The notes below the pieces were generated by a model. The model saw nothing but the letters and a program-made list of their open reading frames with translations. It did not search any database and was not told the origin of the DNA. The translations under genes and the position numbers were made by a program. Positions 12,001-23,665 of a stretch of DNA of 64,000 nucleotides are shown piece after piece. Origin of the DNA: Takakia lepidozioides (Eukaryota > Plantae > Bryophyta); the NCBI GenBank assembly GCA_030704615.1, contig CM060731.1, positions 37,882,001 to 37,946,000 on the forward strand, read 5' to 3'. Positions within the stretch are counted from its first letter, which is position 1. Each line of letters starts with the position of its first letter.

Positions 12001-14071
12001 AACAGGGAAAGGGGGCAGAGGACAGGCCTGGTGAGGGTGGTCAAGCAAACCATCTTCCTAGAAGTCAACCCCAGGAGAAGGGGACATGATGCAGAAGCCA
12101 TAGATGCCATCATAAAGCTCTCAAAGTGATGAGATTGTCTCATCTCTCCCTCTCGTGTCAGGCCGCAAGGCTACAGCTAACAACGTGTTCTGAGCACATG
12201 TCTCTCTGTGTTGTTCTGCCCAAACTGGGCACGGGGTCTATGGTCTCTGTTTCTTCTCCTACCGAGTGTAACTATGAAATATAGGGAGACACTGCTGTCT
12301 TTCGGGGCTGCCCATCCTAGGAGAGCTTTTAACCTTTATGAGGCAGCTTTGTCTTCGAATCGTGATTCAGTTTCTGTATGTGTTATAAGTTTGTCCCATA
12401 AGCGCTTGGGCTTCCTGCTGTACCTGCAGAAGCCACCCGGCACTTTAACATTGTGAGGCAGACCTAGTAGCTTTTTGGACTTTCGACCGATGTTATGATG
12501 GTTGTTTGTGTTCTTTAACTTTCCCCACTGCCAGTCACATGATACATCTTTGTGTGGTGGATTCATCTCTATGTTAAAATGGAAGCTGGGTGCAAGATCT
12601 TTGGCCACAAGGCCATTCTTGCAGTCTTCTTGAGGACATTTTCTCTCCTCACAAGTGAAGGCTCAAGTCAGGTGTGCTTGCAATGATTTGGGCAGAAACT
12701 ATGCTACGTAGCACAAGACTTCGCGGCAGAGCTGAACAAGGACTGTGAGTCATCATGCTCAATGGGGCAGGAGGGTATTGCCACACTAGACAAAGAGCGT
12801 TTCTGCGCCCCGGAGATATTGTTTCAGCCTCGCCTGGGTGGCCTGTATGTTTCTCATCCATATCATGAGAGGAGATGTTGTTTTGTATGGTTTTGACACT
12901 TGAGAAAGTTTAGCAAACAGATCGTTGTATTCACTGCAAGCAAGTCTAACCCAGAGAAGTCCCAACACATGCATGATGAACGGTTTGTTGGCCCTGGCTT
13001 AATGTTTTCACTCAACTTATTAACTTAAAGGGATATATGGAATGATAAAACAAATGTTAGACAGTGTCAAGAGCGTTTACATGACTGTCTCTGTATGTTT
13101 TTGTTGACTTACAAGAGAACAGCAGCTGGGCAGGGCCTGCAAGTATCCCTTGCATTGTGTCATCTTTCTCCAGTTTGGCTTAAATTGTCAAGATAACACT
13201 TGTGAAAGTTTGTAGCTCACTTGGCGACTGGGATGGGTAGGCGCACGATGGGGCTACAGCAAGCAGTGGCCCTCTGTGTCAAACATTGCTCACGCCTTCC
13301 TCTAGACAAGCCCCCGATTGTGAACTGGTTCAAAACCATTGTATTGGCGGGTGGTACTGCCTGCCTTCCTGGCTTATCAGGTTTTGAGCTCTACCATCCA
13401 TGTCGAGCCTGTTTGACTGGGGATGATGCTGTATGCCCCTCTTCTTACTTTCTACAAAAAGGGATAACTGCAGGAAGCAGTGGTGATTGAGTGGAAGGTT
13501 AGAAGAAACAGTTGTATACATCATTTTATGACGTGAAATGGTCAACCAATCTGATGTGAATTGTTTCAGAGAGGCTGGGAGGAGAATTGAGGAAGACATT
13601 GCGAAGCTCTCTCTCAAGTGGCATCACCATTATCCCTCCTCAAGGACCTTCTTCTGCTTGGTTTGGAGCCTCGCTTCTGAGCAAGGTAAAGTCACTGCCC
13701 TTCACATCCCTCTGTTTTGACTTTGTTTGTGGGAATGCGAAAAACATGTGACACAAACTTACAAAGTTACAGCCATATAGCCTAGCCAGGGCCGAGTGGC
13801 TAAACTATTGTATGAAAAGCAGTGTTTTCGCACCATGTCACAAGGTGTATGGTTCATGTACCAGATTATTTTGGAAATGCTACTCCATGGAAAAACCTTT
13901 ATGAGATTTCAGGGTTGTGGAATCCTGTTGGTTGTTGGTTCCCTGATATCTCATATGGAGATGGTGTGACACGTGCAGCTAAGCACTTTCCAGCAGGCCT
14001 GGTGTGTGACGAAGAACCAGTTTCGACAGTACGGCATTAGTGTTGTTCATGCTTATGATGAGCAGCTGTGA
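3937..14071 (+). CDS. ARP8: Plant actin-related protein 8 (N-terminal F-box + actin fold), 12 exons
   Basis: Hand-spliced exons 3937-4247, 5119-5201, 5590-5660, 6022-6089, 6240-6301, 6454-6551, 9287-9368, 9811-9956, 12696-12844, 13241-13380, 13570-13685, 13979-14071. All introns are GT-AG and phase-compatible. The protein has an F-box (LPKDLLCVVL..VCRAWHAVASSDSLW), then IVIDGGSGYCKFGW, EFGNIESP, VPAVCAVDQAVLALYAAGHTSGIAVNIGF, LHGKVMRNVGVE, TLKEKLCYVA, EILFQPRL and WFKTIVLAGGTACLPGLSERL, collinear with plant ARP8. Confidence 0.93.
7020..8830 (-). mobile_element. Degenerate RTE-like LINE fragment in ARP8 intron 6
   Basis: Broken RT motifs (KKAYDTVWRDGLW, AQGCTL). The 3' terminus 'gagagagagattgtactcataagacgttgtttgccgtagcc' at ~7024 is shared with other copies in the window. 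Confidence 0.72.
8915..9075 (-). repeat. (GA)n microsatellite containing a ~75-bp LINE 3'-end fragment
   Basis: GA runs flank 'tcataagacgttgtttgccatagccttgtggccattgaccccgcgcccagtttgagcgggaa', which nearly matches 7040-7102. Confidence 0.85.
10101..10163 (+). pseudogene. tRNA-Trp(CCA)-derived sequence (pseudo-tRNA or SINE head)
   Basis: gcaatggtagcacgcctgactCCAaatcagaaggttgcgtgttcgattcatgtcaggctca matches the eukaryotic tRNA-Trp body, with a B-box GTTCGATTC. The 5' acceptor-stem strand is replaced by CT repeats. Confidence 0.8.
10260..11910 (+). mobile_element. Degenerate RTE-like LINE fragment in ARP8 intron 8 (same family as 7020-8830)
   Basis: WREGIIVNLYKKGD..YCGITLLS, QGVAQGCTLSPLLF and atgtttgcggatgac (MFADD). 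It ends in 'ggctacggcaaacaacgtctcgtgagaacattctct..ctctctc'. Confidence 0.78.
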
Positions 14072-15199
14072 GAGTTTCCTTTACCTGAACTTCTGTTATG
14101 GTGAAGTCAGTAAAGACTTTTAATTCTTGCTCAGATACTGCAATGGAAGCATGTAACATGAGAGGGGGCAAGAACTATCCTAAAAGGATGGACCGGAGAT
14201 ATTTAAACAGATGTTTTGCTCAGTGCTAGACAGTTCATTATCTGGGAACTGAGCATTTGGTTAGGATTTGCTGTTTACCTCCTACGTCGAAATCGATTGT
14301 GTAAGCACTGTCACAGTGCAGGCACTAGCCCTTAACATGTGGAGTCAGCGCTTATCTGTGCGAGTTCTGCTTGGTTGTATTTCTCCTTTCATATTTCCCC
14401 TGCTATGCGAATTTGTAATAGATACAAAACCAATGATAGTATAGTTATGTTGTGAAGATTTTTATGCAAAAGGCCCGCAGTGGTCACTTGTCCATTCTGA
14501 ACAACGGAGCCCATGTGTAAAACAGTAATTTTGTTGTTCAGCTGAACATCACATCTAGGTTCATTGACCTATTACTAATAACATCTGGATTACCCCAGCG
14601 ACGCCGTCAGTCCGATTTGGCATTCTTTCAAAACTTCATTTTCGCAGTCTTTCTGACTCTCAACTCCAAACCAGTGTCTTGGGGCCTCTTTAGACTACAA
14701 GCAGCCTCATAACCCAGTAGTGACGTTTGGGTATGGTGTTTGAGTACATACCCCACAGTGAGGGTGGGGTACCCCTTTTTGTCTCATTGTCTGAAGACCC
14801 TCACAGGGTACTCGTCACCATGTTGACAATTAGCATATATTGATATTCTCAAGACCCACGCAAACCCCGTTGAAAGATTATGCACCTTGGATGGAGTGGT
14901 ACAATTGGCCAAGCCCGGGTGCCCCATGTTTCTTGTAGACAGTCTGAAGGGTGGGTACCCCATTCAATGGGTGCCGCATTATTGGCTTATTCCACCTTTG
15001 GTTGTAGGACCCCCTGTAGTCTAAAGAGGCCCTTATTTTTGTGGTCCAAACACTAGCCATCACATGTGCATGCAGTGCACTAGTAAGTATGGTGAACACC
15101 AATTAAGGTTTTTGTGTAGCCTTCAGTAGAGCTGCTAAGGTAAGCAAACAATCTATGGATGCGCCTGCTGGTGGCCACAACCTGGTTAATAAGCAGTTT

Positions 15200-16750
15200 A
15201 AGGGTGGCATCCCTTCACAGGTTTCATCAAAAGCTTGGAAGTGAGACACTCACAATCATCAAACCATCAGAGCTTTGTCATTTCTCCTACAAAATTGTAA
15301 GGTGCTAGGTAGTGGAATTCCTGCTGTGGACGTGTTAGCGTGGTTCATGCATTTACTGAGTAGTTGAACAACTACAACAACGAGAGGTTTAGTTTAGTCC
15401 CGACTTCCAAGAGGTTCGTTCACAGCAGTGAAGAATGCTGAGCTGTCGGTGAATGGAGTGAAAAGAATTGTTTGGCAGGTGAGGAGTGGGAGCGCTCATG
15501 CACAGGTATACCTGCCTGAGTTGTCCACCCAACAGTGGGTACAAGGAAAGGTACATCTTTGTACAATCTGTCCCACCGAGTGGAGCAGCCCATAATGCAA
15601 GGCAGCATGCATCCTCCACCAGGTAAAGCCTGTGTTACTGTCCCGCTCTGTCCTCAAGAAAAGCAGTCCTAGGAAGCGTCCCGCCGTCAAGGTTCCTGCT
15701 ATGCCTGCAGGTTTGAAGGGATCGATGCAGGTCCCCCCCGTTCCAGAGTGGTTTCCTGTTTCCGCCATGATTTTGGGGAATCTTTTGTTTGCAGACATGC
15801 GTGAACCTCGATGCATATACCTAACTCAGTGAAGAAGCATCGTAGGATCTTGTAGGATTCAACGAGACCTACGAGTGGGGAAGCAATCAAGATATTGTGA
15901 GATTGAAATTGAAGGGCCTCGCCGCCTCTCAGCTCTGGTAGAAATGTCGTGTGAAGACGTTATTGTGAGCCTGCAGATCAGTGGCTGTGGAGGTTATTAG
16001 TTATTAACTTAGAGTTTGTCATTTTGGAAGGTCAAACCACCGGCCTTAGCACGTGACTCTCTGTTGCTGGAGTTCGCTACAAAATATGTAATCTGGTGGA
16101 ATTTCTGCAGCTTCATACAGAAAAAGCCCACGCAGTTATGGTCGCGGACTGGGCCTTGCTTTGACAAATTGGGTTCATGAAGACTTACATTGCAACCAAA
16201 GGGATCGTGGGTGGGTTGGTCTTGGCACCAATTCGGAAATCATGGCTTTGATGGGTTCATTGACTGCTCTTCTGGGATACGTTTCTTTTTCAAATCTTAG
16301 ATGTGGTGTAAGTACAACTTGCTAAATTCTTCAAGAGGCGATTATCCTAAAACCGAGAAGAATGTGGCACAGTGGTGGCAGCTGGCACCACCTGCCAGGG
16401 CCCAGACTCCAACAACCTAATCACGGATTCACAAGTGCCCTCCTGAATAAAGCATGGGCCCAGCCGCTACAGATCATTAACGGTCCACAGCATTCAATGT
16501 CGGAGAAAGACGTTATAATGCAACTCCACTTTTGTGGCCGTGCCGCTGTGTGGCCGAGGGTCCCTTCAATGTATTGCTGCTTACGCCATCCGTACTCTGG
16601 AATCCTGCATGACTCACTCTGGCATCTGACGAGTGCCTGCCCGCTCTACCGCTCTACCCCCACGTTGCTTTGCGAGTTTAGCGGTATCAATCAAATTCTC
16701 TTAGCTTAGTCACCATCCTGGTTGTGAGCATCATCTGCTCATCACTGAAG
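15200..16750 (+). mobile_element. Possible ancient L1-like remnant
   Basis: Only traces: tcctacaaaattgtaaggtgcta (SYKIV.KVL-like) at ~15285 and a PK..GGLG-like segment at ~16195-16225. No ORF. Confidence 0.3.
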
Positions 16751-18642
16751 TTTCCATCGATCACAAGGGGGGAAGGCAAGGCAGTATACGATCGACCATC
16801 GACCAACAGTCCTATTAAGATCTTCCAATGCAGATAACTAGTACATCAACATCTTCCCGGATGACGGAGCCACCTACCAGACATGCTGTTGAGTATGTGT
16901 GTGCATCGCCCACAGCCGTCACAAATTATTCAACAAATCTCAGGCTTCCTAGAAGCTGTTGTTTTTATCACCCGAATGCGATCTTACATTCCATACATTA
17001 ATGACACCGGAAACGGGTGAGGAGTTACTCCACAGAAATACACAGACCTAGATTTAGGTCAGGGATTCTTCCAAGACAGAAACTGCAGGTTTGGTGAGCT
17101 TCATGCTGGCAGAGCTACATGCGTGGCCTCACAAATAGCACCGCACCGCTGCCCTGCCAGCGGATGCCACCTCCACGCTCACAATATCTCCGACCAAATA
17201 CTGAGATGGATGCCACAAAGTCATAGGTTCATTGTCAAGCTAGCCTAGGTGATAGAAATCTAAACAAACCCTCAAACGGCAATTGGCTCTCTTGCTTTGC
17301 TTTGGCAGAACATAAGAGGAAGGTAAGAGTAGGGAGCATGACTCAGCCCACAACACAGCAATCAGCGCCTTGACACGGTGTAAGGTACTTGGACCACATT
17401 TTCTCCATTGACTTGCATGTCTCCGCAAAGTCTCTCTCTACAAGAGAGCCAACATCGTGGAGGGTGGCATGTGATTGAATCAGGGGGGAAAGTAAGTCAG
17501 TTATCAAGTAGGTAGGTAGTTCGAGGAATAGAGACAAATTGAGGCAATCATAGTGATTCCATCCAAATAAGAGAGAGTGGAGAATGTTAGGGTGACCTCT
17601 TTCTGTCTAGTGCTGTTTGAGTGAAGGGCCCACAACACACTTTTTGATCAATCAGCCAACTTGTCCCCACACAATCTTGTGTTTTTTTTTTTTTTTTTGT
17701 GTGTTGTTTTCAGTTACTCATATGACTAATAAGTCACTACCATTTTAGTCTTGGCTCTCTTGTTGTAGTAAGTATCAAGGAATGTGGAGAATTTTTCTGA
17801 GGACTCATTGAGAACATGCATCCTGAACTCTGGGGACTAGTTCTATAACCAAACCAACCCAAAAATGGGCCCCTAAGATGAAAAGGAAGACTTTTGTTGG
17901 GGAAAACAGAAGAAAAGCAAAGGCTGTTGGCAAGCGGGGGATGATGGGTTGGTGCAAGAGGGGGGAAAACTGTTCACGCGACTTCGTACACACGCGTAAT
18001 TCACGCTGGCGTTGCACCGTGCCTTCTTCCCCATGTCACCACCACCCGCCCTGCCTCTCTCCCCCATTCTGAGTCCCTGAAGAACACTTCAGCCGGCTCC
18101 TGAGAAGAGGGGGAACGTTTCTCCCTCGTGTCTGCGCAGTCTGTTGTCAATTAGTTGGCAGGTGCAGCATCCTTCGTTTTCTTTTGTGGGTTCCTACGCA
18201 AGGTTGCTTTGTGTCTGCGCAGTTGTGTGAATGAATGAGTCATTTCCTGTGCGGCTCCGTGTCTACCTTCCCTGCTGTGGATACCTCCGTCTTCTTCTCT
18301 TACGTTATGCTCTGGGACACCGATGTGCTTGTCCTGTAAATCTACAGCATTTGCGTCTTCTACTATAGTTGTATGTCCAAGTCCTGTCTTCCACTTTTGA
18401 TTCCAAGCGCTCTCTGGGCCGTGTTTAAGATTCGCAGCAGAGCTGCTGCTAATGTTGTGTTGAGGCTCGGTGGAGTCCTTCCGTTATCGTAACTTTCGAC
18501 TTAGACATGGTCCCCATTGAGAGTTATGTGTTCGGAATGTGCGAGCAGGGAAGCCCATGCTTACTGTGATACATCGCGGAAATCGGTGTTACAAACCGGT
18601 ACAGATCAACGAATAAACTCTGTGAAATAGACGGAAGCGCAG

Positions 18643-21600
18643 ATGGAGCCGCAGTGGCGGAGCAACAAAGGAGGGGCTTGGTATGGATTCAAAGGGAAGC
18701 AGTCGATGCTGATGTTGGTGGCCATGGTGGGCAGTCTGGTGTTTGTGCTGGGGTTGGAGTCTACACCATTCTCCTTCCTCTTCACAACACCTGACATTCC
18801 CGCCCCTTTCCCCCATACTGTCGGTAATGATCTCTTTCTTTTCCTACTTCCTCAAACTTTGGTTTTTTCTTCATGAAATGAGTCACGAGGTTTGAAGAAG
18901 CTGGGTAGGATGCACTGTCTCAGAAGGAGGAATAGGATGTGACACATGGGCATTGTGCAGTTCACGATGTAATTTGGTCGTGATAATGATGAAGGCCACT
19001 AGTACGTAGCATCAGGTTTGGGACTGTCTATCCTGAGCCAAAATGATACCTTTCCTACTGACTTCCTCGGCAAGCGTATGTGGAAAGTATTGACTAAATG
19101 TTTAGTTCCTCTGCACAAGAAGCAGATTGTGAAATGTAAAGCCACTTGGACATCAACCTTACAACATTGGTGATGGATTTCATAGGGGCAGTGGCAGGGG
19201 TATGATCACAAGCCAGAACAACACTTCTTGGCCATGTCATGAGTGCATGGTATACTATAGGAGCCCGCAGCGCCCTGTCTTGCAATATTTTACTGATGTA
19301 TTTCTGCCTTTCTCCAAATCAATCTGGGGATTTGTTTTCGCTATCCACAAGCACAGTGGTAGAACTCTCTCTTTTGAACAGCCTTGTAGGTTTTCTAATG
19401 ACTGCACTTGTACGTGTTGAGGCCATATGTCACTGATCCTGTTGAGAAGGGAAGGGTTGTATGCGTCAGAATGCAATATAATTCTTCCTGTTGTGCAAAA
19501 TGTCAGGAGGGAGAGGTTGTCTTTGGGCTGCACTATTTGAGCTTAGAGATGAAGAGTATATTTGTCATCTGCAGCTATTGTCCTCGAATCACTTCCAATA
19601 CTGTGATTGAATAGCACTTGGAAGTTGCATGAATGTGCTAGTTGGGGCCTTAAATGGAGACTGATTCCAGCAATGCCTGCCATATTCACCAACAGTGATG
19701 GTCTATGTGCAGACTTCTCTGTATCCAGGGATCTCCGAAAGCTTATGGCCTCGCAAATGTCAATTACTCCTGTCAAGTGTCAGTTATCTGATGTCATGAG
19801 TCTGCTGATCTGGTTTTGGAGGGTTTTATAGATGGATGTACGTTCTTATTCGTTTACTGATGATGGTGCACGGCCGCGTACAGGAGGTGGAGCTGCCCGG
19901 GCTGCCTTTTGGAAACAAGAAAGTAGTTTAGGGCTGTCTATGGGAAATGGAGCTTCAGGTCCTACTATTTGGAAGAAAGAAAATATCTCAGGGTCATCCA
20001 TTGGAAGTGAAGACATGGGTCCTTCCATTTGGAAGGAAGAAACAAGTTCAGAACTTATCATCAGAAATGGGGCTGAGGGCACTTTCTCTCCGGAGACAGG
20101 AAATGGTTCGTTGCATCTTCCTTTACACTCCCGTATGCCACTATAGTTCGCTGTTTCCTGCTTTTTCCCCTCAACCTCAGTGCCTGGACTACTGCAGTAG
20201 CACTCAATTGCACCTTTGCTATAAGAGGAAGGCGCTGCTGAGTTTAAGACCTTATATTCTCTCAGAGAGGGAGAGAGACCAATTCAAAATCTGTCATGTG
20301 GTCTCTCACTGTTTTCAAAATGGCAACGAGGTTTATCTCGTGCGAGGCACGGAAAGAACTTGATACCCGTTGTCGGCTTTCACGCTCATGAGTCGTTTTC
20401 TTTGGCTTTGTTAGGTGCTGTAGATCAGGTAATGCCAGTGTGTGATCACTCGAAGGGTATGTGGGTTAAGGACACGACTCGGCCTTTTTATTCTGGGAAG
20501 AAATGCAAGATGTGGCTATCGACAGCATGGGCTTGCCAGTTGAGCGACCGCCCTAACTTCGACTATGAAAACCTTCGGTGGATACCCTCACATGGCTGCG
20601 ATTTGCCCAAGTTTGATGGTCACACTTTCCTTGACAGGTTTTATTCTTTTCTTTCTCTCTCACTTTCTGTCCCTTTTAGATGTCCTCTTGTAGTTCCTAC
20701 TTTGTCCCATGGACATAAATATCCTTCTTTCTCTTGTCCCATAAATTGGGTGTGCGGGTGTAGTAGCAACTTTCTTTCCTGGGAAATCTCCTGGTTGTAC
20801 GTAAATGCAGCTTTTTGTGTTTCTGAAGGGTGTTCCCTTTTCTGTGTGCTTTTGGCTGGTGTGTTCCAACAAAGTAGTACTTAGTAAGTCCTTCGAACCT
20901 GAGGGGCTTCTGCATCTCCTGCTGATGATCCCACCTCACCTGGGTTTGTTTCAAACAGTTCCTTTTGTGAATTTCTGGAGCTCTCTACTGGGGATGAAGC
21001 CTGGGAGTATTAGTCAGTGTCATTTTAATCTGAACAGCAGACACATCGTGAAGAGTGTCAGCATAAATAGTTATGGCCCTGTGGGATTTGCAGACTTCCA
21101 TAGGCACTGTGTACCCTGCAGTGAAAAGATCCATCTCCTGTAGGTCCATAGATCTGCTTTGGTATGATTTAGACAAGTGCCTAGCTGTGCTGGGTCAGAT
21201 TATGTTACAATATACTAAGGGCACACTTCTCACAGAAGTGGGAAGAAGTTGAGTATGGTCATGCAGGAAATGTTGCATGAAAGTAATTCCGTTCCCAATT
21301 TACTGAGTTTCTTAAGATCCTCTATGTACTTCTGGGTCTCATGGCCCGGCCTTAGGGGCATTTCCACACTAAGTGTCGGTTCCTTACCTCTGCAGACCGC
21401 AGCTCAGCTAACCCAGCTTAATGTACTCTGTCCACTGCGTGGTCATGGTTATGATGATAAGGATCTCCAACAATGTAGCATATTGTGACAGGGATTCTTC
21501 TGAATGAGAGGCCCACTTTAAACAGCCTGACTGAAAGCAAACCATCCTGTCCTCTGAATGAGAGGCCCACTTTAAACAGCCTGACTGAAAGCAAACCATC

Positions 21601-22927
21601 CTGTCCGATGTGCGTGCATGACGAGGAGGATAGCAAACAATTATCACACTTGCTAACAGTCAGAATCAGAGGGCCTTTTTGGAAACATTGAGAGAGGCTG
21701 TTCCACACATCTTTTGGCCTCATTCCAAGAAGCCCTGGACAGCCAGAAGCCGTGACCCTCCTGTCTGAATTCTGGGATGACTTCATGCGAAATTACCACT
21801 GTACTTTTTTGCAATGCAAGTGCTGCTGCAGAAGCAAGCTTTCCAAAACAGTAGTAGGCCTATCCTCCCATCGCCCTCAAAACAGAGAACAGGGTGTATG
21901 GCCCCATGGCTTCTGCAAACTAATGACTGCTGCGCCTGTCCCCCGGCTGCAAATATAAATTCTTATCCTCTCTTTGTCTATTAAATCACCAAATATATAT
22001 AATGCTGCCTTCATTTCTCCTTGAGTATTTATATAACAGGTTTGTGTGCTGAACAGGATGAGAAACAAAACAATAGCATTTGTTGGGGACTCACTCGGGC
22101 GGCAGCAATATCAGTCACTGATGTGTATGATCACCGAAGGCGAGGATGACATGGTAGTTGAAGATGTTGGGCACAACTTTGGGCTAGATATTCGACCCTC
22201 CTGGCAAGTGAGGCCCAATGGCATAGCCCATCGCTTCAAGGCAACCAACACGACAGTGATCTTCTATTGGTCCGCATGTCTTTGTGAGATAGACGCCTTT
22301 AACAGCAGTGACCCTTTGTCAGCATCTGCCATGCATTTGGATCGGCCTGCTACTTTCCTAAGAGATTACCTCCCTAAATTGGACGTTGTGGTGCTCAATT
22401 CTGGACATCACTGGAACAGGGGCAAGATTTCAGGGAATAGGTGGCAGCCTTACATCAATGGCAGGCCGGCTGGACACTTCAGGTTGACTAAAGCTCATAA
22501 TTTTACCATGCATGCTGTTGTGCGGTGGCTGAGTGAGAAGATAGATAACACCAGTAAGAAGGTGTTCTATCGCACACTGTCACCTCGACATTTCATGAAT
22601 GGGGACTGGGACTCAGGAGGAACGTGTGATATAGTGCGACCTGGAAAATTCCCACTGGGGCCTGCCAGAGATATGGTAGCCGAGGGGGCAGTTCTTGGAA
22701 CTAATGTGCACTTGTTGAACATCACACTACTCTCTCAACACCGGATGGAGGCCCATATCTCCAAGTATGGAAATCGAGCCAAGAATGGTGTGCAGGACTG
22801 CTTGCATTGGTGCATGCCAGGGGTTCCAGATACATGGAATGAAATTCTGTTTGCGCAGTTGACTTCTCCTGACTTGCAATGGAGTTCAACAATCGCAACC
22901 CAGGGAGCAGAGAGTACTCTTAGGTGA
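18643..22927 (+). CDS. Trichome birefringence-like (TBL14/15/16-clade) polysaccharide O-acetyltransferase
   Basis: N-terminal TM exon from 18643 (its junction to the next exon is uncertain), stem exon ~19832-20105, PMR5N exon 20415-20637 (CDHSKGMWVKD..LRWIPSHGCDLPKFD) and PC-esterase exon 22057-22927. Catalytic motifs FVGDSLGRQQ and DCLHWCMPGVPDTWNE are intact. Confidence 0.9.
20870..21900 (-). mobile_element. Highly degenerate LINE remnant in the TBL intron, with a perfect ~54-bp tandem duplication (21499-21606)
   Basis: The minus-strand 'ggaatgaggccaaaagatgtgtgga' resembles the RT segment at 10940-10960. 'tctgaatgagaggcccactttaaacagcctgactgaaagcaaaccatcctgtcc' occurs twice. Confidence 0.5.
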
Positions 22928-23417
22928 GCAATTAGATGAATAGATTTTGGGCGCGCCCCTTTATACTAGACCATTCTTTCATTGCTTAAAAGTGTTGTTA
23001 TTAAATCAAATTTTGAAGTGAGAGCAAGCTACTCAGCTGCCCACTGTCAGTGATTGAGTTCCCAGACTGTCCCGAAAAACTGGTGGAAATTGCCCCAGTT
23101 TGAAATCTTGAGAGGCAGATGCCTCGTGGATTCGTTTCCAATGGTTGTAAATACCTTCCTATTTGCTGAGAAGGAAGGACTAAGGATAATTTGTTAAATG
23201 ACAACCCCAAGCTTTGTTATTGTCAATGGAAACTTGATTGTGTCCACAATCCCGGTCCAATCCCTCTTGATCAAATTTCAAAAAACTGGGAAAAAAAAAA
23301 CCTTGAACAATGCCTGAAGGTGACCCTGTCACCCAAAAAGAGGTGGTTTCATTGCTGTTGGTTAAAGGTTTGTTATGAAGGTAAGTACCCATCATTCAAG
23401 TGAAAGATCTTCAAGCT

Positions 23418-23665
23418 CTTTTTTTTTCCGATTTTTTATTATGGACAAAAGGGAAACACCTGGGAACCACAAGCTCACCCCTTAATAGTGACAGGAGAAA
23501 ATAACCTCTTTCACAGTAAACTCGCTGTGTTAAGGCATTACATGGGACACCGCCCAGGCCCCAAGGGAAGGGGGAGAAGAACACACCACACCCGAGGTAG
23601 CAGAATTTGTACCTCAGAATCATCTGGGTGGCACTCAGTGCACTATCCAACTGAGCTACCACCTG
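23418..23665 (-). mobile_element. tRNA-derived SINE
   Basis: The minus strand starts ggtggTAGCTCAGTTGGatag (A-box) with a B-box-like ggtacaaattc, and ends in aataaaaaatcggaaaaaaaaa after ~245 bp. Confidence 0.6.
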
